Assembly (NCBI GenBank): GCA_030390025.1
Contig: CM059433.1
Span: 11,968,001-12,032,000 of the forward strand
Direction of reading: 5' to 3'
From: Squalus acanthias
Taxonomy: Eukaryota
DNA length: 64,000 nucleotides
Each line of letters begins with the position of its first letter. Position 1 is the first letter of the stretch. The notes under the pieces were generated by a model. The model searched no databases. It was not told the DNA's origin and worked only from the letters and a program-made list of their open reading frames with translations. Of the stretch, positions 37,748-51,254 are shown in pieces. Made by a program: the position numbers and the translations under genes.

Positions 37748-39665
37748 TAGAATCTTAGAATGGTTACAGCACAGAAGGCGGCCATTCGGCCAGTCGAGCC
37801 CGTGCCGGCGCTCTGCAAGAGCACTTCAGCTAGTCCCACTCCCCCGCCCTTTCCCCGTAGCCCTGCAAATTTGTTTCCTTCAGGTACTTGTCCAATTCCC
37901 TTTTGAAAGCCACAATTGAATCGGCCTCCACCACCCTTTCAGGCAGTGAATTCCAGATCCTGACCACTCGCTGCTTAAATTTTTTTTTCCCCTCATGTCA
38001 CCTTTGGTTCTTCTGCCAATCACCTTAAATCTGTGTCCTCTGGTTCTCGACCCTTCCGCCACTGGGAACAGTTTCTCTCTATCTACTCTGTCCAGAGCCC
38101 TCATGATTTTGAACACCTCTATCAAATCTCCTCTCAACCTTCTCTGCTCGAAGGAAAACAATCCCAGCTTCTCCAGTCTATCCACGCAACTTGAAGTCCC
38201 TCATCCCTGGAACCATTCTTGTAAATCTTTTCTGCACCCTCTCTAAGGCCTTCACATCCTTCCTAAAGTGTGGTGCCCAGAATTGGACATATTGGCCCAA
38301 AAATTCATCCCGGTGCGCGAGAGTACGCACTGCGTACTCTCGCGTATTCCCTCTGCAATTGCCGGTTTTCTGCATGCCCTGCGCATGCGCTGAAAACCGG
38401 CAATTGCTCTTTTGAAAAGGGGGCGGTTCCTCGGTGCATCGCGTGCGCGCTACAGGCTGCGCGCACGCTGTGCACTTCATGCTTTGGACGCGCAGGTAAG
38501 TACTGAAGATTTTAGAAATGTAAAAAGGAGGAGTAAGACCCACTTTTAACAAGGTAAGTAGTGAATTAAGTATTTTTTTGAATTTTTTTTTTACAGGTAT
38601 ATCTTTTTTAGAGACTTTAAAGACAGGTAAGTTTATTTTTATAACTTTTTAAAAGATTTTAAATTTTTTCAAAAATTTAATTTTTTATTTAAAATGGTTA
38701 ATTTATTTAACTATACTGTACTTATTTTATTAATGTGATGGTTTTTTTTTAAAATTTAATTGAGGTTTAGCTGTTATTTTGGGGGGGGTGTAAGATTCAT
38801 AGATTTCACAGTACGTCTGTGAAACTTATGAATGGAAGATGGTGTGCTGCCATTGGCTCTGACTGAGTCACGTGATCCCACAGCTCGCACGAATTCACTA
38901 CGCCGGTGGGATACGCAAGCACTGCCCGGCTGATGTCTGGAACATCAAGTTCGTGCGAGCTGGATCTGAAAAAGCACAAGCGAGGTGAGAGATCGCGGGG
39001 AAGGCTTACCCCCGCGGGAACAGAGCGAGATCAATTTCTGGGCCAATACTCCAGTTGAGGCCGAACCAGTGTTTTATAAAGGTTCATCATAACTTCCTTG
39101 CTTTTGTACTCTATGCCTCTATTTATAAAGCCCAGGACCCCATATGCTTTTTTAACCGCTTTCTCAACCTGCCCTGCCACCTTCAAAGATTTGTGCACAT
39201 ATACGCCCAGGTGTCTCTGTTCAGAAACCCCCTTTAGAATTGTACCCTTTAGTTTATATTGCCTCTCCTCATTCTTCCTACCAAAATGTATCACTTCACT
39301 TTTCTGCGTTAAATTTCATCTGCCACATGTCCACCCATTCCACCGGCCTATGTCTTCTTGAAGTCTATCACTATCCTCCTCACTGTTCACTATACGTCCA
39401 AGTTTTGTGTCATCTGCAAATTTTGAAATTGTGCCCTGTACACCCAAGTCTAAGTCATTAGATCAAGAAAAGCATTGGTCCTAGTACTGACCCCTGGGGA
39501 ACACCACTGTATACCTTCCTCCAGTCCGAAAAACAACCGTTCACCACTACTCTCCATTCCCCGTCACTTAGCCAATTTTGTATCTATGCTGCCACTGTCC
39601 CTTTTATTCCATGGGCTTCAGCTTTGCTGGCAAGCCTATTATGTGGCACTTTATCAAACGCCTTT
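37748..39665 (-). mobile_element. CR1-type LINE 3' portion interrupted by MITE copy C
   Basis: LEKLGLFSFEQRRLRGDLIEVFKIM, QFWAPHFRKDVKALERVQKRFTRM, LVRPQLEY. Confidence 0.9.
38294..39044. mobile_element. MITE, GGCCC(A)GAAATT TIR family, copy C
   Basis: GGCCCAAAAATT / AATTTCTGGGCC; splits the LINE motif LEY|(C)VQFW cleanly. Confidence 0.85.
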
Positions 39666-40369
39666 TTTAAAAATGTAATATCTCGAGCAAAACCTATAAC
39701 TTGCTAATCACACCAACGACCAAACTGACCTCCAGTATTAGTGATTAGATCGATCAATGGCAATATTCCTACAGGCTGCCCACATAAGGCGGGTGTAGAT
39801 CAGTATTTTTTTAATAAAACAGCTGGTCACGCCCTCAAATTGTAACATTACATGACTAGAACACCCCAATCCAATCTTTAAAAACTCATGAATCCAACTG
39901 CACATTTCTGATTTTGTAGCTCCCTAAATATGGAATCGCACTATGATATATACTATGTTTAATCTTGCGTGAATGCAAGTACAGGTACCGTGAACTAATT
40001 TACTTTTAAAAAAAAAAAATAAAGTGCGTGTGAAGCTACTCATCAATAAACAGAACCAGTTCCATTTTATTCAGGAAAGGGGAGCCATACTGTAGCCAGG
40101 TGTTGCTGGCAAAAGACACAGGAACAAAGGAAAGGCAGAAAAGGCAGGGGTAACCGCTGCTACTCGAACAGTTGGCAAGGGGTAAACACTCCAATTTTGC
40201 ATTCCATCTTGGCTGGGATAGGCAGGTATGCCTGCTATCAGAAATGCTGTGCCAGTAACTTTACTTCAATTTTGCGTCTTAGTATCATAGAATGATACAG
40301 CATAGAAAGAAGCCATTTGGCCCATCGTGCCAATGCCGGCTCTTTGGTAGAGCTATCCAAACAATCCCA

Positions 40370-40875
40370 CAGAGGGAGTGCAACGAAGGTTCACCAGACT
40401 GATTCCTGGGATTTTGGAGGCGGGGTGGGGGGTGGTTGTCCTATGAGGACAGATGGAGTAGACTAGGCCTATATTCTCTAGGGTTTAGAAGAATGAGAGG
40501 TGATCTCATTGAAATATACAAAATTCTTACAGGGCTCGACAGGGTAGATGCAGGGAGGATATTTCTCCTGGCTGGGGAGTCGAGAGTCTAGAACCTTTGG
40601 TCACAGTCTCAGAATAAGGGGTCGGCCATTTAGGGCTGAGATGAGGAGAAATTTCTTCACTCAGAGGGTGGTGAATCTTTGGAATTCTCTACCCCAGAGG
40701 ACTGTGGAGGCTCAGTCATTGAGTATATTCAAGACAGAGATCGATAGATTTTTGGATATTAAGGGATATGGGGATAGTGCAGGAAAGTGGAGTTGAGGTA
40801 GAAGATCAGCCATGATCTTATTGAATGGCGGAGCAGGCTCGAGGGGCCAAATGGCCGACTCCTGCTCCTATTTCT
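40370..40875 (+). mobile_element. CR1-type LINE 3' end
   Basis: RRNFFTQRVVNLWNSLP; tail shared with the V-SINE. Confidence 0.85.
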
Positions 40876-41013
40876 TGTTAAATCTGTGTCATAGAATCAT
40901 AGAAGATAGGAGCAGGAGTAGGCCATTCGGCCCCTCTAGCCTGCTCCACCATTCAATGCGATCATGGCTGATCATCCAAATTCAGTACCCTGTCCCTGCT
41001 TTCTCCCCAATAG

Positions 41014-41390
41014 AAGTCCACTCCAGGGACTTGTGCACATAAAGCTAGGCTAACGCTGCACTGTCAGAGGTGCCGTCTTTCGGATGGGACGTTAAACCGA
41101 GGCCCCGTCTGCTCTCTCAGCTGGACATAAAAGATCCCAAGGCACTATTTCGAAGAAGAGCAGTGGAGTTATCCCCGGTGTCCTGGCCAATATTTATCCC
41201 TCAGCAAAAACAAATTATCTGGTCATTATCACATTGCTGTTTGTGGGACCTTGCTGTGTGCAAATTGGCTGCCCCGTTTCCCACATTACAACAGTGATTC
41301 CACTTCAAAAAGTACTTCATTGGCTGTAAAGCGCTTTGAGACGTCTGGTGGTCGTGAAAGGCGCTATAGAAATGCAAGTCTTTCTTTCTT
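41014..41390 (+). mobile_element. Deu-domain SINE, 5'-truncated
   Basis: Same core and tail as the other copies. Confidence 0.8.
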
Positions 41391-41419
41391 TGGCTGGCTT
41401 CCCACATTCTACCCTACGT

Positions 41420-41650
41420 AAACTTGAGGTCATCCAAATCTCGGCTGCCTGTGTCCTAACTCACACCAAGTTCCGTTCACCCATCACCCCTGTGCACGCT
41501 GACCTACATTGACTCTCTGTTGAGCAACGCCTCGACTTCAAAATTCTCATCCTGGTTTGCAAATCCCTCCATGGCCTCGCCCCTCCATATCTTTGTATTC
41601 TCCTCTAGCCCCACAACACAACTCCCCCACGAGATATCTGCATTCCTCTA
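41420..41650 (+). mobile_element. L2-like LINE fragment
   Basis: Conceptual translation ..SPITPV.ADLH..RLDFKILILVCKSLHGLAPPYL. Confidence 0.65.
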
Positions 41651-42779
41651 ATTTTGCTAACAAGTCTATTATGTGGTACTTTGTAGGAGAATTGAACACT
41701 GTAGATTCACCCTTTTAAAGCAGAGATTGCCCAAACTCCTTTTGGCAGGTCCCATGCAGTCAGTGAAGACTTCCATTCCATGATTTTGGACAATGATATT
41801 CTATAATATTGGTGCTAGATCCCTAGCAAAATATTCTGAAAATGAACAAAATGCAATTATACAGCACCATTAACAGAGAAAAATGCCCCAAGATGCATCA
41901 CAGTGGGGTAATAAAACAATAGACACTTAGCTGAAGAAAACTATATTAGGAGGGGTGAGAGATGAGTCTTAAAGGAGGAAGCCATTCAGCCCCTCAAGCC
42001 TGTTCTTTATACAACTGTAGCATAACTTCCACCCCTTTGTATTCCAGCCCCCTTCAGATAAAGGCTAACATACCATTAGCCTTTTAAATTAAAGAGGGAA
42101 TTCATGGGGCTCTAGGCGGCTTGAGTCACAGCCGCCAATGGTGGACTGAAGAGGGACAGGGAAGGATACACAAGTGGCCGGATTCAAAGGATGAATGTTT
42201 GAGGTGGGAGGTAGAGCAGGAGGAGGTTACAAAGATGAGGAGGAGCAAGGCCTTGAAGGAAATTAGACACAAGGATGATAACTTCAAATTTGAGAATATG
42301 GGCTACAGAGAGTCAATACAGGGGTGATAAGCAAGCGAGACTTGCTGCACCATAGAATATGGGTAGCAGAGCTTTGGATGCACTGAAATTTATGAAGGGG
42401 TAGAGGATGAGACACCAGTCAGGAGAGCATTAAAATATTAAGTCAGGAGATGACAAAGCATGGATGAGGATTTCAGCTGTAGATGGGTTGAGGCAGGGGC
42501 AGAGCTCAGAGGTGGAAGCACGTTGTATTTGCGATGGAGAGGAAATGGGGTTGGAAACACAGCTCAGGGTCATACTGCCAATACATCAATGTAAAACCAC
42601 TCCAAGAGGGATACAGTTTAAGAGGATACAATTCAGAGTTCAATCTATAGAGTTTGAATAAAGATAAAGTAGCAACTAATAATCTATTAAAACAAATTGG
42701 TTCTACTTAAGTAATTAACTATGTGGCTATTGTGGTTATACACAAGTTTATACATTAGCCCTATCACACATCTTCAATT

Positions 42780-44590
42780 ACTACCAGCCAAAGTAGAATG
42801 CTATAGACAGAGCGAAGTGATCCCGCAATCGACACAGCAGGTCAAAGCTCTGCAACCCTGCCATATCCAGTCGTGAATGGTGGTGGACAATTAAACAACT
42901 AACTGAAAATCTAGACTCCACGAAGATCCCCATTCTCAACAATGGCAGAGCCCAGTGCAAAAAACCAAGGCTGAAGCGTTTGCAACCATCTTCACCCATA
43001 ACTGGCAAGCAGATGATCCTTCTCGGCATTCTCCCGATTTCCCACCACAGATGCCAATCAGCCAGCAATTTGATTCACTCCACATGGCGTCAAGAAATGG
43101 CCGAGTGCAGTGGACACAGCAATGGCTACAGGTCCCAACATCTTGGCTGTAGTGTTGAAGACCTGTGCTCCAGAATTAGCTGTGCCCCTAGCTAAGCTGT
43201 TCCAGTACAGCATCCACCAGACAATCTGGAAAACTGCCTAGATATGTTCTATCCACAAAATGCCAGTCAATTATCACCCTTGCTCCCAATCAGCAGCAAA
43301 ATTATGGTAGGAGACATCAGCAGTGCTTTCAAGCGGCACTTATTCACCAATGCTTAGTCTGGGTTCCACTAGGATCCAGACCTCATTACAGCCTTGGTCC
43401 AAACGTGGATACAAGAGCTGAATTCCAGAGGTGAGACAGGAGTGACTGACCTTGACTTCAAGGCATTCAACCAAGGAACTCTGGTAAAACTGAAGTCAGT
43501 AGGAATCAGCGGAAAACTCTTGTGACTGAAGTTATACCTGGAACAAAGGAAGATGGTTGATGCCAATCATCTTAGCCCCAGGACATCGCTGCAGAGGTTC
43601 TTCGACGCAGCGACCTAGGCCCAACTATCTTCAGGTGCTTAATCAATGACCTTCTCTCCATCACAAGGTCAGATGCTGAAGCAGTCCATGCCCGCATGCA
43701 GCATGCCCTGGATAACATCCAGGCTTGGGCTTAAGTGGCAAGTAACAGTTACACCACACAAGTGCCAGGCAATGACCATCAACAAGAGAGAGCCTAACCA
43801 CCTCCCCTTGAAATTCAATGGCATTACCATTGCCGGGTCCCCCACCACCAACATGGGGATCAACAGTGACCAGAAACATTAACTGTCATGACTACTCAAG
43901 GTCAGATGCTGGGTATTCTGCATTGAGTGGCTCACCTCCCAACTCGCTAAGGTCTCTCTACCACCTACAAGGTACAAGTCAAGAGTGTTTTGGAATGCTC
44001 TCCGCTTGCCTGAATGGGTGCAGCTACAACACAAGAAGCTCAACACTATTCAGGACAAAGCAGTCCATTCAATCAGCACTTCACCCATTAGCCTAAACAT
44101 CCACCTCCTCCACCACTGGTGTACAGTGGCTGCCGGTTGAGTGTGCTATAGTCAGGATGCACTGCAGGAACTCACCAAGGCTTCTTCAGCAGCACCTCCC
44201 AAACCCATGACCTCCACCACCTAGAATAAGGTCAGCAAGTGCATAGGAACACCACCACTTCCAAGTCACATGCCATCCTGACTTGAACATATGTTGCAGT
44301 GCCTTCATTACTGGGCCAAAATCCTGGAACTCACCGACAACATAATGGGGGTACCTTCACCACACTGACTGCAGCATAGGAAACAGAGTAGGCCATTTAG
44401 CCCCATCGAGCCTGTTCCATCATTCAATGAGATCATGGCTGATCTATGACCTAACTCCATATACCCACCTGTGCTGCATATCCCTTAATACCTTTGGTTA
44501 ACAAAAATCTATCAATCTCAAAGCAGTTCAATAAGGCAGCCCACCATTACCACCTTCAGGGGAAACTAGAACTGGGCAATAAATGACAGA
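42780..44590 (+). mobile_element. Decayed LINE (second family) with nested CR1 tail
   Basis: KAEAFATIF, KWQVTVTPHKCQAMTI remnants; same 3' tail as 13115-13840. Confidence 0.75.
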
Positions 44591-44861
44591 ACATACTGTG
44601 CTTTTGTAAGAGGCAGGAAAGATAAAATGTTGCAAATGGGAATGGCAAAATCATACAGCATGGACCCTCCTCCCCCCCTCCTCCCCTGTCTCTGTACCTG
44701 CTTAATATGTTACATCTCCAGCTTTTTCCAGTTCTGATGAAGGGTCCCAGACCTTAAACGTTAACTCTGTTTCTCTCTCCACGGATGCTGCCTGGCCTGC
44801 TGAGTGTTTCCAGCGTTTTCTGTTATTTCAGATTTCCAGCATCCGCAGTATTTTGCTATTA
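44590..44861 (+). mobile_element. Penelope-like terminus insertion with short 5' inversion
   Basis: 12-bp TSD AATAAATGACAG (44578-44589 and 44862-44873); hammerhead core mutated (GAAA>TAAA). Confidence 0.8.
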
Positions 44862-45079
44862 AATAAATGACAGCCTTGCTAGCGACACCCACATACTTTT
44901 AAATGACAGGTTTGCCAAATCCTTCCTGCAAACATCAGTTTGCTAACTGTGATGAACTCTGAAGAATACAGTTCTTCTAAAGGCAATAAGATTAAAGCTG
45001 AACTATGCTACATTTTTGACACGACAAAACATTCATCTGCTGTGGGTTTCATAAAGGAGAAATAATAGATTCTTAAAAG

Positions 45080-46490
45080 GAAAACAATACTGCGATGGTG
45101 GAAATCAAATAAAAACAGAAAATGCTGGAAACACTCAGCTGGTCAGGCAGCATCTGTGGAGAGAAAAAAAAAAGTTAACATTTCAGGTCAATGACATTTC
45201 GTCAGAACTGGGAGACGTTAGAGATGCAACAGTTTTTAAACCAGTAGAGACAGGAAAAGGGGTGGGGGAGGAAAGAGCAGGGTAGGTCTGTGATAGGGCG
45301 GCAAGCAGGAGTGATTAAATGACAAAAGGGATGATCAAGCAAGGCAAAAGGGGTGTAATGGGACTAGTAAAGAAACAAAAAAGGTCTAGAGGAGCTGCAA
45401 ATAACAGCAGCAGAACCATTACCAGCACCTGCTGTCTGAAAGAATTGGAGCGGTGATTATGATCTGAAGTTATTGAAATCAATAGCAAAATACTGCGGAT
45501 GCTGGAAATCTGAAATAACAGAAAACGCTGGAAACACTCAGCAGGCCAGGCAGCATCCGTGGAGAGAGAAAGAGAGTTAACGTTTCGGGTCTGTGACCCT
45601 TCGTCAGGATGAGTGTTTCCAGCATTTTCTGTTATTATTGAAATCAATGTGGAGTTCAGATGGTTGTAAAGTGCCTAATCGAAACAGTGTAGGAGCCAGA
45701 GGACAGAGAGGGCGTGACATGGAGAATTAAAATGGCGAGCGACCGGAAGTTCAGGGTTACGCTTGCGGACTGAACAGAGGTGTTCAGCAAAGCGATCACC
45801 CAATCTGTGTTTGGTCTCCCTAATGTAGAGGAGACTGCATCATGAGCAGCGAATACAGTATACTAAATTTGAAAGAAACACAAATAAAATAAAAAAGCTG
45901 TTTCACCTGGAAGGAGTTTTTGGGGCCCTGCACAGTGACTATGGAAGTGAAAGGGCAGGTGTTGCATCGCCTGTGCTTGCATGGGAAGGTGCCGGGGAAA
46001 GAATGTGATGGAAAAGGGTGTCGCGGAGGGAACGGCCCCTTTGGAATGCTGAAACGGTTGGCATGGGGAAAAATGTGTTTGGTGATGGCATCACGAGGAT
46101 AATCCGTTGAATGTGGAGGCTGGGCAGCAACGTTCCCGTTAAGCCACGCAGTAATGGGAAAGGTCCCATGCAGGCCGCTCAACCGCTTTTTCCATTGTAA
46201 ATACTACGCATGCACAGAAATTTAAAGGGTCTGCACATTAAAAGAAACCGGACACGCAAAACAAAGCGCAGCTTTACAGGGAGCATTGGTGGGCAGTGAG
46301 GACAAGGAAGACCCGATCGTGGGAGGGAGGGAGGGGGGGAAAAGAGATGATGGTAGAAGTGCAGGAAATGGGACAGGCACAGTCGACGGCCCTGTCAACC
46401 ACAATGGAAGGGAATCCGCAGTTGAGGAAAAAAGTCTTATCGGAAGCACGGTGTGGAAGGTGGCATCGTCAACAGATGCACCAGAGAATG
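45080..46490 (-). mobile_element. Penelope-like element 3' part (GIY-YIG region plus terminus) with nested mini-insertion 45484-45634
   Basis: PCKHRRCNTCPF...QGPKNSFQVKQ remnant; nested piece has 14-bp TSD TTATTGAAATCAAT. Confidence 0.75.
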
Positions 46491-47894
46491 GAATGCATTG
46501 CATAGCACCATGTGGCTCAGTCAGTAAATGGTACGTGCTGCATGCCAAGATATACAAACATGTCCTAGGTTCACCTATCAAACCTTCCTGAACCCCATCT
46601 AAATGATTCCTCCTGGAAAGTAAATGGCGGTGGATAGGATTGTGTTCAACTGTACTATCCCCGCCCCCAATTTATTTAGCCTGCCAAATCTCTCAATGGA
46701 AGAATGGCCACTCAAGAGGGTGGAACAGATGAGTGCCAGCACCTATACATCAGCGCAAGTCACCACCTTCAGGAGAGGGAAGCAAAGGGAGAGTGAAACT
46801 TTTGCCTAAACTTTATTCAGGTGCTCCCAAATACTTGGTTACCACAACCAGTCATAATATGACATGTATACTTCACCTTGGAGCAGCTTTGTAGTGTCTG
46901 CATGAGTTGTACCAGTGACACAAAATCTCAGAAGCTAGGCATCGAGGGTGAAAGCCAATGCAGAGACATCACCTTGCTACACCAGCGCCCCTTTGTCTGG
47001 GGTTAAATGACGACAAGGAGTGAAAAACAAATCACTATCATATTGATATAAGCCAGTACCTGCACTGATCAGTTCTGACCCAAAAGGAGTTACACTAATT
47101 GTCTTAATTTTGTGCTATAGACCTTTCTATAATGGAGATATTAAAATATACCACTATTTCAGAAACAAGACTCCGCTCCACAACTCGAGGCACTTACTTT
47201 TGACAATGTTTCCCAATCTACTGAATAGGGTGTTAAGGAACCAACTGTTACCTTTATTACACTTTCATCCATTTGTGCTGCCCTCTGCAATCACAACAGA
47301 TTTAAAATTGCACCAGCCAGCAAGTTTAATCTGGTCATTTGGTTGTATTTATAAACAAGTCAGTGTTCAATTTCTGCCATGCAGTTTAGTGGCCTGTTGT
47401 AGTCTTATATAAAATGCATCTTCTTCCTTATATATTCCTTTTCACAATTCTGACAAACACTAGTTTGAACTTCCATAGCACTTTATTGGAGTCTTGGATG
47501 CTCCACTCTACAAGCCACTCTTAATGTTTCCACTTTTCCCTCCCTCACCAAAAGCAGCAACTCTGCTGGGATATAGGCAGTCACTGGCAGCCTTCCAGTA
47601 CCTGACCCAGGTGGGTCCAGAAAGTGACATGACTTTTTTTTTTTTACACACGAGTGCATTTCACTCTGAAGCATAATGCATTGCACCAATAATGGCCAGT
47701 CAGAAATGGAAAACACAGTTGAAATATTACCAAAGGCAAAGCTGAAATCCACAAAAACATAGAAATTTTCCTCTAAGATTTGAAATACACCGAAGCCAGA
47801 TTTAACCAGAATAAATTCAATGAACGGAGAGCAACCATCTTTGCAATCTTAAACAAACAAAGCACCCAAAACAAGACAGATATGACCAAAATTT

Positions 47895-47900
47895 TTTATT
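47895..47900 (-). terminator. RPS7: RPS7 polyadenylation signal AATAAA
   Basis: TTTATT on + strand, 18 nt after the stop codon; short 3' UTRs are typical of RP genes. Confidence 0.8.
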
Positions 47901-47918
47901 TAAGCCAGTCTGCAGAAT

Positions 47919-47996
47919 TTACAGTTGGAACTCTGGGAATTCATATACAACATCTTTGCCAGTTAGCTTCTTGTAGACAGCAGAAAATGTATCCAC
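47919..47996 (-). CDS. RPS7: 40S ribosomal protein S7 (eS7) last coding exon
   Basis: VDTFSAVYKKLTGKDVVYEFPEFQL*; AG acceptor 47998-47997. Joined CDS 75+72+144+65+151+78=585 nt = 194 aa. Confidence 0.97.
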   Translation of the reverse strand: MDTFSAVYKKLTGKDVVYEFPEFQL

Positions 47997-48191
47997 CTAT
48001 GGAGAGAAAAAAATGTACACATCAGATACCCAAAAATCAACAAGATTTAAAACAATTTATGAGCGTTCAGTTCTGTAAGAAATTCTCAGAAACCTTCCTT
48101 CATGTTCCTTGTATACAATAATGACAGCAGTACTGCACCCAAAACTGTTATTTTAATTGCCAGCTTACAGTTACAGTTATGTTAAGCACTT

Positions 48192-48629
48192 TAGAAACAT
48201 AGAAACATAGAAACTAGGAGCAGGAGTAGGCCATTCGGCCCGTCGAGCCTGCTCCACCATTCAATACGATCATGGCTGATCATCCAAATCCAGTACCCTG
48301 TCCCTGCTTTTTTAATCCCCACAGTACACATATCCCACCCTACCCCCGTAACCCCACGTATTTAATTCCCCCTAACATATCCCATCCTATCCCCATAACC
48401 CCACATATTTAATCCCCCCCTAACACTAAGGGTCAATTTATCGTAGCCAAATCAACCTAACCCGCACATTTTTGGACTGTGGGAGGAAACCGGAGCACCC
48501 GGAGGAAACCCACGCAGACACGGGAAGAATGTGCAAACTCCACACAGACAGTCACCCGAGGTCAGATTCGAACCCAGGTCCCTGGCGCTGTGAGGCACCA
48601 GTGCTAACCACTATGCCACCGTGTTGCCC
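48192..48629 (-). mobile_element. V-SINE (HE1-like), full length, RPS7 intron 6
   Basis: Near-identical reverse complement of 4643-5077. Confidence 0.85.
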
Positions 48630-49369
48630 GTGCACCGTGTTTAGGGAACTAAGAACTAGGTAAAGACTCCTGGTAACTCAGCACCTAGTGAGGGTTTAAA
48701 CACAGTTAGTTGGCTAACTATCAACTTGTGGCTATCTTCCTTGGTCTGGGTAGAGGGAGATGGAGGGGTGGGGGGGGGAGATAAAGAACATAGCAGAGGT
48801 CTCAGAACCAAGTTAACCCTCAAATGCACACTTGGTTTTCAAATTTCTACAGTCACAGTACTTTGCCGATGACTAACCAAATCAACCTGACTTACTAATG
48901 GCACCAGGATGGGTAAACCCATCACTGGAGCTAGGATGCTTCCCACTCCAAATAACCCTAAAGCCCTAATGGACAGTGTAGCCCTGGCAATGAGAAATGT
49001 ACCAGTGATCGTTTCTGGAAACCTGGGAGGTTTAAGCTGGTTAACCTGCAGTAAATACCTTCTCACACGCAGGGCCCCAAAACCTTGGCTCTGCCAACCA
49101 GCAGTGTGTCCCTACAAGGCAGTGCACACTTCATATTGGGTAAACAGAGTGGATGTAGGTTTCTCAGTAGCTTGAACTGGAGCTTAAACATGATGCATTT
49201 CTGCACATCAGGCTGACCTGTCCCAGGGGCTGGGATCCCTCCCACTTGGGTGGGCCAAAATAAATTCCATAGAGCACCATAATTTTAAGCTTCAGTTTTT
49301 GGAACTAGGTCAAAAAGACTCTTTGGTTTCAATAAAAACTTCCAAGATTCTAAATATTCTCATAGTTTA

Positions 49370-50915
49370 CAATATCCCAGAAATAGTGGGAAACAAAGGG
49401 TCTAGCGAGAATGAGGAACTTAAAAAGAAATTAGTATTAGTAAAGAAATAGTACTGGAGAAATTAATGGAACGAAAAGTCAACAAATCCCCTGGACCTGA
49501 TGGCCTACATCCTAGGGTTTTAAAAAGGTGGCTGCAGAGATAGTGCATGCATTGGTTTTGATGTTCCAGAATTCCCTAGATTCGAGAACGGTCCCTGTGG
49601 ATTGTAAGGTAGCAAACATAACCCCGCTATTCAAGAGGAAAGGAGAGAAAACAGACCAGTTAGCGTGACATCAGTAGTAGGGAAAATGCTAGCAATTATT
49701 ATTAGATGCATAGTATCAGGGCACTTAGAAAATCATAATACGATTGGGCAAAGTCAACCCAGATTTATGAAAGGGAAATAGAGTTTGACAAATCTGTTGG
49801 GAGTTTTTTTTGAGGTTGTAATTAACAGGGTAGATAAGGGAGAAAAACAAGTGGACGTAGTGCATTTGGATTTTCAAAAAGCATTCGATAAGGTATCACA
49901 TAAGAGGTTATTACACAAAGTTAGGGCTCATGGGATTAGGGGTAATATATTCACATGGATTAAGGATTGGTTAACAGACAGAAAACAGTAGGAATAAACA
50001 GGCCATTTTCTGATTGGCAGGCTGTAACTAGTGCGGTACTGCAAGGATCAATGCTTGGGCCTCGGCTATTTACAATCTATATTAAATGACTTAGATGAGG
50101 GGACCGAGTGTAATGCTGACGATACAAAGTTAGGTAGAAAAGTAAGCTGTGAGGAGGACTCAGAGGCTTCAAAGGGATATAGACAGGTTAAGTGAGTGGG
50201 TAAGAACATGCCAGATGGGACAAAATGTGGAGAAGTGTGAATTTATCCACTTTGGTAGGAAAGAAATGCAGAACTTTTTTTTTTTTTAAATGGCAAGACT
50301 GGGAAATGTTGGTATTCAGAGGGACCTGGGTGTCCTTCTACACGAGCAAAGAAGTCTTATAACAATTATACAGGATCCTGATGAGACCATACCTGGAGTA
50401 CTGTGTACAGTTTTGGTCTCCTTACCTAAGGAAGGATATACTTGCCTCAGAGGGAATGCAAAGGTTCACTAGACTGATTCCTGGGATGAGGGGATTGTCC
50501 TATGAGGAGAGATCGGGTAGACTAGACCTATATTCTCGAGTTTAGACGAATGAGAGGTGATCCAAGATAGAAATGTAAAATTCTTACAGGGCTTGACAGG
50601 GTAGATGCAGGGAGGATGTTTCCCCTGGCTGGGGAGTCTAGAACCAGGGGTCACAGTCTCAGAATAAGCGATTGGCCATTTAGGACTGAGAAAAGGAGAA
50701 GTTTCTTTGGAATTCTCTACCCCAGAAAGATGTGGATGCTCAATGGTTGAGAATATTCAACACTGAGATCGATAGATTTTTGGACACTAAGAATCAAGGG
50801 ATACGGGGATAGTGCAGGAAGGTTGAGTTGAGGTAGAAAATCAGCCATGATCTTATTGAACGGTGGAGCAGGCTTGAAGGGCCAAATGCACCTACTCCGG
50901 CTGCTATTTCTTATT
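49370..50915 (+). mobile_element. CR1-type LINE ORF2/3' end in RPS7 intron 6
   Basis: VDVVHLDFQKAFDKVSHKRLLHKVRAHGIRG; CR1 tail. Confidence 0.9.
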
Positions 50916-51254
50916 TTCTTTTGCAATATAAAACTCGCCACCTTCAAAGTAACATCTTCCAAGTTAAATATTTAGATGTGCAAAACCACCACAGTTCTGC
51001 TCAGTAGCAGTTTCCCCAACCAAAACACTCCTTATAAATACTCCGGACTTCTTTTTTTACTCGAGGACAATTTACCCAAGAATTAGGTTAAAAGAGGTAA
51101 TAGATAATTCTATAGAATCATATTGCAAATTTATCAACATCCAAGGAGTGACCAGTGGTAGGAAAGAAGACCCATGCACAGTAGCCCATGATCCACTGCC
51201 AAAGGCTCCCTGTAATCCTTCTCTGGAATTTCATGCGCAATATTAAAAGTCATC

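Noticed and set aside
48839..49245. Overlapping short ORFs in unique RPS7 intron 6 sequence
   Set aside because: No recognisable protein similarity or convincing splice signals.
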